63,878 bases of DNA, filler included, from an uncultured bacterium (GCA_964449065.1; 4 parts of 4 records of this genome joined end to end with filler, not necessarily neighbours in it); one strand, 5' to 3'; counted from the first letter of the whole stretch, positions 20,479-30,840 are shown. Notes: a model not told the origin generated them from the letters alone. Program-made: numbers and translations.

Positions 20479-21138
20479 TTAGGCGGCCTGTTTTTCTTGT
20501 TTGGATTTTCGGTAAAACTTTTGCAGACATACGCTTTCCATGTGCGATAAAAACGCTTTGTATTGTTCGAGTTTGCGCGCCATTTGATAATGGAAAAACA
20601 ATCCCGGAATCGCGATCACTAAGCCGGTTTCCGTAGTGACCAACGCTTCCGATATTCCATCGGCGATCATGCCCATCGTTTTGTCGCCGCCCGCCCCCGT
20701 TGACAGGGCCGAAAAGGTAGCCAGCATACCGGTTACCGTCCCCAGCAATCCCATCAGCGGGGCCGCGCTGACACAAATCTTCATCACCCGCAAATCCCGT
20801 TGAAACGGCGCGATTTCCGTCATACGTAATTCTTCAAAGGCGGTAGCGGTTTCTTTTAATGACGGTTCGCCGGTAACAAAGTTCAGCAAATCTCCAATGG
20901 GGCCTCTTCGTTCTTGCGGATGATCGATCCAGCGGCGCCATGTTTTTTCTTTTACGCGGGAAAACCCTCTGCCCGATAATTTCAGATGCAGGTGCAAGCC
21001 CAAGCCAAACATAATCAGGGCAATGGAGGCAATCCCGATCATGGCCCAGCCGCCGGAAAGCCAAATATCCAATGCTTGGTTCCATACCGATACCGCTTGA
21101 TCCCACAGGGGTGTTGATTGTTCGATGATGCTTTCCAT
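20479..21138 (-). CDS. exbB: MotA/TolQ/ExbB proton channel
   Basis: APLMGLLGTVTGM and GISEALVTTETGL. Confidence 0.92.
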   Translation of the reverse strand: MESIIEQSTPLWDQAVSVWNQALDIWLSGGWAMIGIASIALIMFGLGLHLHLKLSGRGFSRVKEKTWRRWIDHPQERRGPIGDLLNFVTGEPSLKETATAFEELRMTEIAPFQRDLRVMKICVSAAPLMGLLGTVTGMLATFSALSTGAGGDKTMGMIADGISEALVTTETGLVIAIPGLFFHYQMARKLEQYKAFLSHMESVCLQKFYRKSKQEKQAA

Positions 21139-21140
21139 TT

Positions 21141-22661
21141 TTATGTCGCCTCGCCCATGGCCGGCAATCCGCCTTCCAATGAAACATCTTCTTTTGCATC
21201 TTTCGCATCAACCGGTTTGGAGATATTCGAAGGCCCGGAAGGATGAGTTGTTGTTTTGGCCGCTTGATTTGCAAGAGAGACAGCCGCTTTTTCCATTTGA
21301 TTCACAACACCGCGCGCCTTGCGGGAGAGAAACGCGTGAATCAACAATGACGGAATCGCCACAATTAAACCGAACTCGGTGGTGATCAGCGCTTCCGATA
21401 TCCCGCTGGAAAGCGACTTTACATCTCCCGACCCGAACACGGTTATCAATTTAAAGGTGTTGATGATCCCCGTGACCGTACCCAACAGGCCTAACAAGGG
21501 TGCCGATGCCGCCGTGATCGCGATAAAGGGAAGAAAACGCTCCAACTTTAAACGGGTCGCCAAAATCTTTTCATACATCACTTCTTCCATTAATTCACGC
21601 GGTTCGTTTAAGTGCTCAATTCCGGCCATCAACATTCGGCCAACGGGACCGCCGATTTTCTTGGCCTTTTGCATCGCGGCTTCTTGATCGCGTTTTTCTA
21701 TATCATGCAGCAGGCGGTTGACGCGTCCTTGCGATGGAGTGCGGATAAACATAAAACTCATATATTTGAATGCGGCCACCAGCAGCATCAAACCGGCCAA
21801 GCCCAAGATTGGGAACATAACCGGTCCGCCCTTTTGAATGTGTTCGATAAGGGTTTCTTCCGTATCTTCGATTTTATGGGCATTGCCTTGTGTTGGATCA
21901 AACGGAAACTCTCCTGCTGAATTGGCGATCACCTTCGCGGCGGCGGAGGCGTCTTTGGGATTCCCAAAGGGCATGACAGCCGGCTCCAATGACCCCAATT
22001 GCTGCTGCGCTGTACCGACGTATTCGCCATCATCGGATTGGAACAATACAGAAGGCCCCACTTGCAAAAAGACGCCCGGCTTTACTAAGCCATCGGGACC
22101 GACCGCGGATCCTTCAAACCGGGTGCCGCCCAGCGCGCTTTGCAAGCGGTCGATGGATACCATCAGCAAATTCGTTTGGGCTTCGTATATTTCCTGCTGA
22201 GACAGGTCGCTGTTTTCCGGCGCCAGCTTTGCCGTGTCAAGAGGGTCTTGGTAGCGCTGTAGTTCGGCGATATGCAGGCGGGTTTCAAAATTGCGGATGT
22301 ATTCTCCCAGCAGGTTGGAGAGATACGCCTGTTCATCCTTGCGGGATTTAATCTCATTCTGCAGGTTGCTAAGGTCTAGCGTGCGGCTGTCGAGCAAGCG
22401 GGTGGTGTTTTGAAATTCGGTGCGGACTTCACTCAATTTGCTTTCGAGACTGCTCAGTTCGCGGCTCAGTGGAATTTTTTCATCCGCCGCCCGTTCGCGC
22501 AGTTGGTTTAGTTCTTCCACGCTTTGTTCTAACTTTTTTTGGATGGAGGAAGAGACTTGATCAAACTCTTGTGAACCGGATTCGCCTTGATTTTGCGCCC
22601 CTGCCGCTAAGCAGAGCATAAACAAACAAACAATCGTCAATCGTGTCTTTGTGATTTTCAT
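21141..22661 (-). CDS. Large ExbB-like protein with periplasmic coiled-coil extension (TtpC-like)
   Basis: Signal peptide, coiled coil, then APLLGLLGTVTGII and GISEALITTEFGL. Confidence 0.88.
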   Translation of the reverse strand: MKITKTRLTIVCLFMLCLAAGAQNQGESGSQEFDQVSSSIQKKLEQSVEELNQLRERAADEKIPLSRELSSLESKLSEVRTEFQNTTRLLDSRTLDLSNLQNEIKSRKDEQAYLSNLLGEYIRNFETRLHIAELQRYQDPLDTAKLAPENSDLSQQEIYEAQTNLLMVSIDRLQSALGGTRFEGSAVGPDGLVKPGVFLQVGPSVLFQSDDGEYVGTAQQQLGSLEPAVMPFGNPKDASAAAKVIANSAGEFPFDPTQGNAHKIEDTEETLIEHIQKGGPVMFPILGLAGLMLLVAAFKYMSFMFIRTPSQGRVNRLLHDIEKRDQEAAMQKAKKIGGPVGRMLMAGIEHLNEPRELMEEVMYEKILATRLKLERFLPFIAITAASAPLLGLLGTVTGIINTFKLITVFGSGDVKSLSSGISEALITTEFGLIVAIPSLLIHAFLSRKARGVVNQMEKAAVSLANQAAKTTTHPSGPSNISKPVDAKDAKEDVSLEGGLPAMGEAT

Positions 22662-22675
22662 GGATTTGTTCCTGT

Positions 22676-23470
22676 TTATTGGATTTCAACGGGCACTTGC
22701 ACGAAAGAGGCAACGCTCTCATTATTTAATATGGATACCGCTTCGGATATTTGACCGGTATAATCATTAATGGGCTTCCACTCCCAACCGTCTTCCCCTG
22801 GGGTTCCCATTCCCGCGATGGTGTTATTTTTGCCCACATAATAGCCATGCCCGATCCCCAAATAGATGGCGGTTACTTCTGCTGAATCGCCATTTGGCAA
22901 GTCACGTACTTCACTGACGACGGGAATTTCAAGACTGGATTTATTGAGTTCATTGAGGACCCCGACAACATTTTGAAAGCGCTGCGATAGCGACAGTTTG
23001 GTTTCTTCCGGATTGGACGGTATCCGCGAACTGAGGGGTTTTACCCGGTCCTGTAATGGATCGGGCAAACGCCTTATCAAGCCGTTTGTACGGATTTCCA
23101 GGGGGCTTACCTTCTCTTTCAACATGTCGGATACTTCTTTGAGTTGGTCGTTTTCTTGAACCAAATCTTCCCGTTTCTTATCCGCTTCGGCAATGGTCTT
23201 TTCGGTATCTTTGATCTTTTCGCGCAGCGAATCGATTTCACTTTGCACCAAAGCGATCCGTTCGCGCAGCATTTCTTTTGCCAATTTCAGATCATGCTTT
23301 TCTTTGGAAATTACACGCTGGGTTTCCACCCATTGTTCGATCATTTTTCGGGTATCATCAATGGTCTGTGCGGAAATAACTTCCGAACATGCAAGACCGA
23401 TTGCCAGGAATATACAGACCATTTTCGCAACCGGGCGCACATAAAAATACTGCTTCCATTTGTATTGCAT
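22676..23470 (-). CDS. DUF3450 family protein (TtpB-like)
   Basis: Signal peptide plus coiled coil, LSQRFQNV, IYLGIG and GWEW; position upstream of the large ExbB. Start uncertain (23527, 23470 or 23422). Confidence 0.75.
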   Translation of the reverse strand: MQYKWKQYFYVRPVAKMVCIFLAIGLACSEVISAQTIDDTRKMIEQWVETQRVISKEKHDLKLAKEMLRERIALVQSEIDSLREKIKDTEKTIAEADKKREDLVQENDQLKEVSDMLKEKVSPLEIRTNGLIRRLPDPLQDRVKPLSSRIPSNPEETKLSLSQRFQNVVGVLNELNKSSLEIPVVSEVRDLPNGDSAEVTAIYLGIGHGYYVGKNNTIAGMGTPGEDGWEWKPINDYTGQISEAVSILNNESVASFVQVPVEIQ

Positions 23471-23599
23471 AATTCGTAATCCTTTGAATATCTGGTGAAT
23501 AAAGAGGTAAACGATAGGTATTCGCATCCAGAATTTTTTTACAGAATTCGTATCGTATTGGCAAAAGATTTAAGACTACTTAGTTATTCTCAATATTTA

Positions 23600-23649
23600 T
23601 ATTAAAAATGTGTTAAGGATTTATTAAATATATATTAACGTAGTGTTAG
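23600..23649 (-). promoter_or_regulatory. Five 11-bp-period direct repeats; OmpR/PhoB-type (Pho-box-like) operator
   Basis: On the minus strand: CTAACA, TTAATA, TTAATA, TTAACA, TTAATA, each exactly 11 bp apart (plus-strand hexamers start at 23600, 23611, 23622, 23633, 23644), upstream of the DUF3450 gene. Confidence 0.65.
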
Positions 23650-23664
23650 ACTTGTTTTTTTTGA

Positions 23665-23928
23665 TATTGATCGCCAAAAATGCGTTCGGATTGAAATAAA
23701 CGGTACTTCCGGCTCGGCGGGAGCCTCGCCCTCCCAAACCTGGCCAGGCGGGTGGCTTGCCCTCCCAAAGCGAACATTTTTTTGTTAGAAACTACACTAG
23801 ATAATGAAATTGCCTCTACCTTTATTATGGGATTGCCAAAAATGCGTTCGGATTGCAAAGCGTTTTATCCTGTACCGGTTGGAAGCCGATGCTCCCCAAA
23901 ACGAACATACTTTTGGAAACTGCTCTAG
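23665..23928. mobile_element. Two tandem MITE-like units, each with a different inner REP
   Basis: Arms GAT(T/C)GCCAAAAATGCGTTC...GAACAT(A/T)(C/T)TTTT..AAACT..CTAG. Unit 1 holds GGCTCGGCGGGAGCCTCGCCCTCCC and unit 2 holds ACCGGTTGGAAGCCGATGCTCCCC. Confidence 0.7.
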
Positions 23929-23971
23929 ATCATCAAATGCATAATATCAGTGACTATGTATATAACCTAAC

Positions 23972-26959
23972 TTAAAAAGTTGCGCTTACGCTTATGGAGA
24001 AGTCCATGCCCTTCCGGTAGGAACTTTTCAGAACATCATCACCAATGTGCCGGGACCGGTAGGCGGTTTGAATCTTCGGATTCGTAATGTTTTTCGCTTG
24101 AAATTTCACCGACCAATTTTCGCCGAATTTTTTGGTGATACTGGCATTCAGATTTCCGAACTCTAATTCATAAACATTGGGAATAAAATTGCCGCTGGAT
24201 TGCCCGGCACCGGCAACTAAGGTGTCTCCGCGAATGGTGTAAAACAAGCCGAATTGGGTGTCGGCATCTTCCCAATTGTAGGTTACAAAGAAATTGAATA
24301 AATGTTCCGGCGCGTTGGTCATATCGCGTGTCGGCATAGGGGCTTGAATGTTGGGCAGTTCAAATTGAGCGGCTTCGTCGGCGGGCAGCGTAACTTCCGA
24401 ATCAATAAATGTCGCATTGCTTCCGATCGAAAGTCCTTCCATATTTTCCCAGAAATACCCCAATTCCTGCCGCAATTCAAACTCAAATCCGCTCATTTCT
24501 CCTTTGGGATAATTGACGGGTGTAGTAAACGTAAAGCCCGCGAACCGCTGCACAAACTCAATCGGGTCTTTGATATCTTTGTAGAAATACGAAGCGGAAA
24601 TCAGTCCCCCTTGATAGGGCACATAATCGATGCGCAAATCGTAGTTCTGCAATTCGGCCATATCCAAAAATGGGTTGCCGATGAATACATCCCCGCCTAA
24701 AAATTCCTGCTGCTGAATCGGAGATAGTTCTTTAAACGTTTGGCGGGCGACGGTTTGGGTGTAGGAAGAACGAAGCGTCAATTCTTCCAAGGGGGTATAA
24801 ACAAACCCGATGGAAGGCAATAAATCCTGGCGCTCAAAATTCACATCCGCGTCGCCTTCGTTTAGAGTAACCTGGCCGGAAGACCCCGGTGGAATCCATG
24901 TCACATCTTGTTCCGGGAAATTTACGATACCGATTTGCGTGGTTTCATAACGCGCCCCGCCGATCCATTTAAATTGCGAGTTCAGCGGCAAATCCATCAT
25001 GCCGTATCCTGCCGAGATTTGCTGTTCGCCTTCGTAGTCCACATCCACAAACGGCGGGCCGCCTGTGATTTCTCCGGCGGTGGGCAAATCCGGGAACGCT
25101 TGGCTGAACGAGTCTTCAAAATCCCCAATCAGTTCCACTTCATTGTTGCTGAAGTTGCTGAAGGTTTCTTGGTCAAACGTTCGCTGTACGTCGTCAAAAA
25201 AGGCGCCGACTTTCACATACCCTTCTTCGCCGTTCCATTGCTCATACGGGAATTTAAAGTTAACCGAAAATTGCCGGCTGTCCTCCTCAATCTCTTCCCA
25301 AGTTCGCTGAAAGTTTCCAAGGGTAAAATTTTCCGCCGGCTTAAAAGGATTGTGCTTGGGAGGATTCACAATGGTTTGATCGCCGAATTGGATCACGCGT
25401 TCCGGTGTCCAAAACGAGCTGAACTGCCGTTTATCCGGTTCAACGCGCTCGGCCAAGTTATACGATAAGGTCCAGTCGATTTCCGGCTGCAGCCATGTCA
25501 TCCAATCGCCGAAACCAAAGCCGGGGTCCGGCAGTGTGTGCTTGGCGTTGAGTTGGTGAGACCGGGTTGTCCGTTCCATATACTGCAAGGTTTCATTGCG
25601 CAAAAAGGGGGCGGCAAATATCTCCCCGCCATGCCCTGGAGTAGTGGGATCGTCCGGATCATGGCCGGGGAAAAAGAATTCCTTACCGCGTGTGTCTTCC
25701 GCCAAGGTCGCGGTATCTTCCGCCACGCGGGTGAAGAGATTGGATAAAGAAAATGAATGGTCTTCGAACTCAACGCCAACAATGCCCAACCCGCCCCATT
25801 GCACTTGTTCCGAGCCTTGGATGACATCAAACAGTTGCGTCTTAAAATCGCCTTGCTGTGGGGTTCCTTGGATGTATTGCGGGGTCATCGGCTCGCCGGG
25901 GCTGTCCACCCACTTTTCATCATCTATTCGGTCATCAACAAATGTTGCATCCCGCTCGTAATAGATATTGGCGAACCCGCCAATTTTAACTCCATTGTCC
26001 AACTCATGTCTGCCCCCGGCGGAAATATCAAAGTTGGATTCGAACGGAGTGTCTCCAGGCATAGTTCCGACCGCTCCCCCAAACTCGCCGTCTGCTGGAA
26101 TCCCCAAATCTCCATCCTTCCCAAACACGTCAATCCCGCCGCCTTGGTAGGTTAGAAATTCATCGGTTTCGACCACTTGTGTATTGAGTTCCGTTCCGGC
26201 GCTGATTTTAAACAGGGTTTCTTCGGGAATGCTCTTGAGCATCACATTCACCGCACCGCCGGAGGCATCCCCCTGTTGATCGGGGGTAAAGGTTTTGGTC
26301 ACTTGAATGCTTTCGATGACATCGGAGGGAAACTGATCGAGTTCCACCGCGCGGGTATCGGCGTCCGCGGAAGGCAGGCGAACGCCATTTAACTGCGAAT
26401 TCACATAGCGGTCCGGCAGACCGCGAATGACAGCGAACTTGCCGTCTTGAACCGATGCGCCGGAAACAAGGGTTAAGGCGTCTGCCGCGTCACTTGCACC
26501 GGCCTGGCTCATCAATTCCGCGCTGATTGAATCCATCAAAGCAGGGCTGTCCATTCGCAATTCTAAAAGGGCTGCTTCGGTGCCGGTGCCGAAACTGACA
26601 TCCTGCACGACAAACTCTTCCATATCCACAAAATCGCCGGTCATCCACATGTTGATTTCGGTTAACTGCCCGGCCGTTACGATTACATCGGCTTTCACTT
26701 GGCGTGTGAATCCCGGTTTGGAAAACACCAGCGTATACCTGCCCGGCTGCACTTGCGGAAACACATAATTCCCTTGATCGGTAGACAGTACAGTATCACC
26801 GGTTTCGGTGATGAGAACTTCCGCTTGCGGGAGAGGGACATCAAAATCTTGGTCGTAGATGATGCCGCGAATGCCGCCTGCCTGCTGCGCGCTACCTGTG
26901 ACCGGAAGGATAATCAATAATACGATTGACAAACAAGAATACCGACAACGTTTTACCAT
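23972..26959 (-). CDS. TonB-dependent outer-membrane receptor with N-terminal carboxypeptidase-regulatory-like domain
   Basis: Plug motifs IRGLPDRY and ELDQFPS, beta-barrel, C-terminal Phe (SVSATF). Confidence 0.93.
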   Translation of the reverse strand: MVKRCRYSCLSIVLLIILPVTGSAQQAGGIRGIIYDQDFDVPLPQAEVLITETGDTVLSTDQGNYVFPQVQPGRYTLVFSKPGFTRQVKADVIVTAGQLTEINMWMTGDFVDMEEFVVQDVSFGTGTEAALLELRMDSPALMDSISAELMSQAGASDAADALTLVSGASVQDGKFAVIRGLPDRYVNSQLNGVRLPSADADTRAVELDQFPSDVIESIQVTKTFTPDQQGDASGGAVNVMLKSIPEETLFKISAGTELNTQVVETDEFLTYQGGGIDVFGKDGDLGIPADGEFGGAVGTMPGDTPFESNFDISAGGRHELDNGVKIGGFANIYYERDATFVDDRIDDEKWVDSPGEPMTPQYIQGTPQQGDFKTQLFDVIQGSEQVQWGGLGIVGVEFEDHSFSLSNLFTRVAEDTATLAEDTRGKEFFFPGHDPDDPTTPGHGGEIFAAPFLRNETLQYMERTTRSHQLNAKHTLPDPGFGFGDWMTWLQPEIDWTLSYNLAERVEPDKRQFSSFWTPERVIQFGDQTIVNPPKHNPFKPAENFTLGNFQRTWEEIEEDSRQFSVNFKFPYEQWNGEEGYVKVGAFFDDVQRTFDQETFSNFSNNEVELIGDFEDSFSQAFPDLPTAGEITGGPPFVDVDYEGEQQISAGYGMMDLPLNSQFKWIGGARYETTQIGIVNFPEQDVTWIPPGSSGQVTLNEGDADVNFERQDLLPSIGFVYTPLEELTLRSSYTQTVARQTFKELSPIQQQEFLGGDVFIGNPFLDMAELQNYDLRIDYVPYQGGLISASYFYKDIKDPIEFVQRFAGFTFTTPVNYPKGEMSGFEFELRQELGYFWENMEGLSIGSNATFIDSEVTLPADEAAQFELPNIQAPMPTRDMTNAPEHLFNFFVTYNWEDADTQFGLFYTIRGDTLVAGAGQSSGNFIPNVYELEFGNLNASITKKFGENWSVKFQAKNITNPKIQTAYRSRHIGDDVLKSSYRKGMDFSISVSATF

Positions 26960-28206
26960 GGGTCGCTTAATCCCTCATAAATCTCATCTATACGCCCCCA
27001 AAATTTGTTGCTAGGCTGGACATCATACAACGCCATAGAGACACACGTGGCGGAAAGGTCTTCCGCGCGGGGCCTGGAATTGGGGTTTTCCATCCCTTCT
27101 TCTACCGCCAGTTGATAAACCGAAAGCGCGGCAGCGGTGTTGCTTAGCGCTTGAAATGATTCGGCTAACGGAAGCAACGTATCCGCGCGGTAGATGTTGA
27201 CGATTTGCTTTTTGTTTTCTTGATAGAATGCCAAGGCGGATTCTAAATCAGTAAAGGCCTGCTCTTTATTTCCCGCGCGGGCGCGCAATGCTGCCAGTCG
27301 AGCGGTCATGGGGATGTAATTTTCCAAAGGCCATTGGTGTTGGGCGATGAAGCCCTCGGCTTCATGGATCAGTTTGCGGGCTTGGCCGTCGTCGTTATGG
27401 TTCAGCGACCTTTCTGCCAGTTCTTGCAACAGTTCCACCCGGATAAAGATCGGCATGGGGCCCCAAGATGATTTCATTTTTTCTTCTGCCAACCCGCGCT
27501 GTTTTTGATCTTCATAAAAGCGGTCATATAACTCCACACATGCATACAACGCGTTTTTGATGACATCAAAGTTGCCTGTGGCTGTCAGAGTATCCACATT
27601 ATCCAGTTGCGCGGCGAAGGCATCTTTGGAACTATGGGCTGCCCGCACTTGATCGGTTTTCCCCATTTCGGAAGGCGCAACCCCTTCCTGCAAGGCATCG
27701 GACTGCTCAGCCATCCCCAGGAGGACATAAGTTTGCGCGGCTTTGATTCGAACCCGGTCCCGCCGCCAATCTTCGGACTCTTCCGCGGCCTGGCGGGCGT
27801 CTTGCAGCAAGGGTTCAATTGGTGGGCGGATACCCTGTTCCGCGCAATAAAACGCGATATCCGCCAAACAAGAACCGCGCCGCCAGTTTTTGATTTGCCA
27901 GGTATATTTCAGCGCGCGTTGGGGTTGATGCAATTTCAAACAGGCCTGCACGACAGCCTCTTGCGCTCTGGAACGGTCTTTGATGTTCGGTTTTAGCGGG
28001 ATTTTGCTTGCGGTTTGAAAAGCCATCGTCAACAATAGTTGTTGGTGTTCGGATAGCGCCTTATCGGTTAAATCTTGCATCACTTTTACGGCTTCTTCGC
28101 TTACGGCATCTTGCGTACAAGCCCGGCTTTCTCCACCCGGTAAAATGAATGGTATGAAAACACTCAACATAAAGAATTGAAATATATTTGTTTGTAAAAA
28201 TTTCAT
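26953..28206 (-). CDS. Exported helical-repeat hypothetical protein
   Basis: Signal-like N-terminus and Ala/Leu-rich helical repeats; overlaps the receptor start. Confidence 0.7.
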   Translation of the reverse strand: MKFLQTNIFQFFMLSVFIPFILPGGESRACTQDAVSEEAVKVMQDLTDKALSEHQQLLLTMAFQTASKIPLKPNIKDRSRAQEAVVQACLKLHQPQRALKYTWQIKNWRRGSCLADIAFYCAEQGIRPPIEPLLQDARQAAEESEDWRRDRVRIKAAQTYVLLGMAEQSDALQEGVAPSEMGKTDQVRAAHSSKDAFAAQLDNVDTLTATGNFDVIKNALYACVELYDRFYEDQKQRGLAEEKMKSSWGPMPIFIRVELLQELAERSLNHNDDGQARKLIHEAEGFIAQHQWPLENYIPMTARLAALRARAGNKEQAFTDLESALAFYQENKKQIVNIYRADTLLPLAESFQALSNTAAALSVYQLAVEEGMENPNSRPRAEDLSATCVSMALYDVQPSNKFWGRIDEIYEGLSDPW

Positions 28207-28241
28207 TTGAATCCTTTTCTGTTTCTACTGATCAATACATA

Positions 28242-28272
28242 TTGATGGCAGGACGGAACGCCCTGCCATCAA
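28242..28272. terminator. Strong intergenic hairpin (terminator or mRNA-stability element)
   Basis: TTGATGGCAGG-N9-CCTGCCATCAA, a perfect 11-bp stem just after the 28303 stop. Confidence 0.6.
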
Positions 28273-28302
28273 CCATTACTTCCTACTGATAGAACAGAAT
28301 AA

Positions 28303-29949
28303 CTACTTCAAACTTTCCCATGTGTTTACCGAGCTGCTGTTGATAGCAGTCGACAATCCGTACGAATCGGCTGCCGTCCAGCCGGCCAACCAATAGTTGC
28401 TAGGCCCAAAACCGCCACGGAAATTGGCGGAATCAAAAAACTCCGCATCCGCGGGAGCGGCTGAAACGCTGTTCAATGCATCGTTAACCGGCAACGGGTT
28501 CAACTTGGTTACGCGAACCATGTTTTTGCCGCCTTTTACGACCGGGGCAGCACGCTCAATCAATTGAATAGGGCTGCTATCGGCTGTCACGTTGTTGTTC
28601 GCCGCGTCACGCACACCGCGCGCATCCGCTTCAGCATAGGCATCGGGTTTATTGTTATTGTAAAACACGCTGTCTTTAATTTCCGCCAAATTGCCGGAGA
28701 AATGAACGGTGTACAGTTCATTCGGGTTGGCATTGCCGATGTTTACGGTTGACGTTTCGGTGTATGGTGTAGTCCAGACATCTTCCCAAGGCAAGGTGCC
28801 GTTAAAGCCGTACCCATTTCCACCGTCTCCATCGTCGTTGTCAAAGCGAACAAGCTGATCACCCAAGTCCATAAAAATGCAGTTGCGGTATTGTACGCGG
28901 GCATTGTCACGCCAAGTGGTTCCACCGTCGCCGTCAATCGGTTGACCGATTACGGTGAAGTTATAGAAGGTCGATGTGGTAACCGGCTGTGCGTCAGAAT
29001 CTTCCGCGCCATCGGTTTCGAAGCAGTTGTCGCCCACGCCGGAACCTTGATTGGCATCCGCGCTAAAGCCTTGCACAATCAAGCCGAACTGCGCTCTTCC
29101 CCGCCAGCCTTGATCGATATCAAAACTGTCGTCGCCAACATTCCAAATATTCACATACTTAAGATTGACAGTCCCGCCCCAAATTTCGATACCATCATCA
29201 ACACCGTTCATAATATCAATATGATGAATATCGGTTTCTCTTCCAATTCCTCCAAGAGCCAGACCGTTCAATTCATTTCCCAAACCAATCACCTTTCCGC
29301 CATAACGGATAGACAAAAAGCTGATGGAACCACTGTCATCGTTATCGTTGTTTCCGCCATACAATACGCGGGGGTCGCCGGGGAATTCCGCGACCAATCC
29401 TTCTAGCTGCTTGCGGTTCATTCCATCAGGGATTTTGGTGTTCACGCGGCTGGTCACATTGCCACCAGGCTGACCGTCATCATCTAAGTCAATGGTAATC
29501 GGCTCTCCGCCAAAGTGCGAGCCGGAAACCAGCCCATTTCCTAAAATAGCCAAATTGCCCCATTCGTTCGCGCCTTCACGCCATTCACCGGTTTTGGGGT
29601 TTTTTCCTGTGGGGTGAGAAGGCAAATCGTCCCAGGTTTCCACATCTGAAGTCGATGTCATGATGACGGGGTTATCTTGGGTACCGTTCACAAAAATTTT
29701 GGCGCCGCGGGTGACCGCCAAACTGCCCCCAACGCCGGTATCACTGGCGATGACCGTGCCGGCTTCAATGGTCAGCGACGCTCCCGGTAATACACTGATT
29801 TGGTTTTGCAAATTGTAGGTATTGTCCGCTGTCCATGTGGTGGATGTGGCAATATCCTCCGTTACCATAATCTCTGCCGCCTGCACACTGCCGGTTAAAG
29901 CAATGCCTAGTGCTGCACTAACTACCATACTTCTTTTCATGATGTTCAT
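28303..29949 (-). CDS. Secreted Gly/Asp/Asn-rich (beta-helix-like) protein of the TonB-receptor-associated type
   Basis: Signal peptide (VQA-A), LTIEAGTVI, NDDSGSISFLSIRYGG, NELNGLALGGIG, DDGIEIWGG and GDDSFDIDQGWRG. Confidence 0.8.
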   Translation of the reverse strand: MNIMKRSMVVSAALGIALTGSVQAAEIMVTEDIATSTTWTADNTYNLQNQISVLPGASLTIEAGTVIASDTGVGGSLAVTRGAKIFVNGTQDNPVIMTSTSDVETWDDLPSHPTGKNPKTGEWREGANEWGNLAILGNGLVSGSHFGGEPITIDLDDDGQPGGNVTSRVNTKIPDGMNRKQLEGLVAEFPGDPRVLYGGNNDNDDSGSISFLSIRYGGKVIGLGNELNGLALGGIGRETDIHHIDIMNGVDDGIEIWGGTVNLKYVNIWNVGDDSFDIDQGWRGRAQFGLIVQGFSADANQGSGVGDNCFETDGAEDSDAQPVTTSTFYNFTVIGQPIDGDGGTTWRDNARVQYRNCIFMDLGDQLVRFDNDDGDGGNGYGFNGTLPWEDVWTTPYTETSTVNIGNANPNELYTVHFSGNLAEIKDSVFYNNNKPDAYAEADARGVRDAANNNVTADSSPIQLIERAAPVVKGGKNMVRVTKLNPLPVNDALNSVSAAPADAEFFDSANFRGGFGPSNYWLAGWTAADSYGLSTAINSSSVNTWESLK

Positions 29950-30786
29950 CCTTTCAAAACGTTGAATTGATTAATATTTTGTGCTGTTTGCGATTTGCAC
30001 AAAAAATTGAATTTATGTTTGTTTTAGCAGCCGTTTTTTAAAACCATAAATCATAAAGAATGCACTTTTCCCACGGATCAACAAGAAGATCAACAAGAAA
30101 TAGAGCGAAAGCATTTAAAATCACGATAACGATTGTTGAAAATACGCTTTCAGTGAAATAAACCGCATTTCCGCGCATGGCGGATGCCTTGCCCTCCCGA
30201 AATGGGCGTATTATAAGGTAGCTACTGAGTTGTTGAGTCATTTAAGGACAGAGTAAACTCATTTTATTGCATTCGGATTAAGCCAAAATTTAATTATTGT
30301 TTGGTATTGAATAGAGATAGTATTCTTACGTTAAGATTAAATTAACTTAACGCAAGAAACATATTAAAATAACCATATTTATATTTTTTATATTTACGAA
30401 AAAACATGACAAATTTAATCAACTTATTTAAATTTTAATACTGTACTATAAATAGTAACTTCTTTACGTTAGATAATTATTAGTGAATTGTTATTTTTCG
30501 GTTAATAAATACTTGTTTGTAATGAATTGGCCAAGGCTCTTAGCCTGTCAACCATGTCCCCGAACCATACACCTTAATAAGGAGGTGGGTACAACGACAG
30601 ATTCTGTCTATCCAACGCAAAAATGCGCTAAAAGGAAGGTTCATTATTGCGGTATTGGCATAAGGCCAGTTCATATCAAAACAATATACTGGCAGAAATT
30701 GCCTGTTCAGTTTGTTATGAATCTTTATCTTTTTGATCGGGTTTCCTGTAATATAAAGAAATATTGATAATGAGATCATAATATAG

Positions 30787-30840
30787 TTGACTTTTTTATA
30801 TATTTTGCTATTATACCAAATAAGCAATTACTTGCTTATT
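30787..30840 (+). promoter_or_regulatory. Sigma70-like promoter with overlapping palindromic operator
   Basis: TTGACT (30787), 16-bp spacer, TG-n-TATTAT (30809), then the perfect inverted repeat AATAAGCAA-N4-TTGCTTATT (30819-30840). Confidence 0.65.

Noticed and set aside
30483..30827. Two overlapping ~95-aa ORFs in the AT-rich divergent region
   Set aside because: No RBS or motif, and one overlaps the promoter; probably non-coding.
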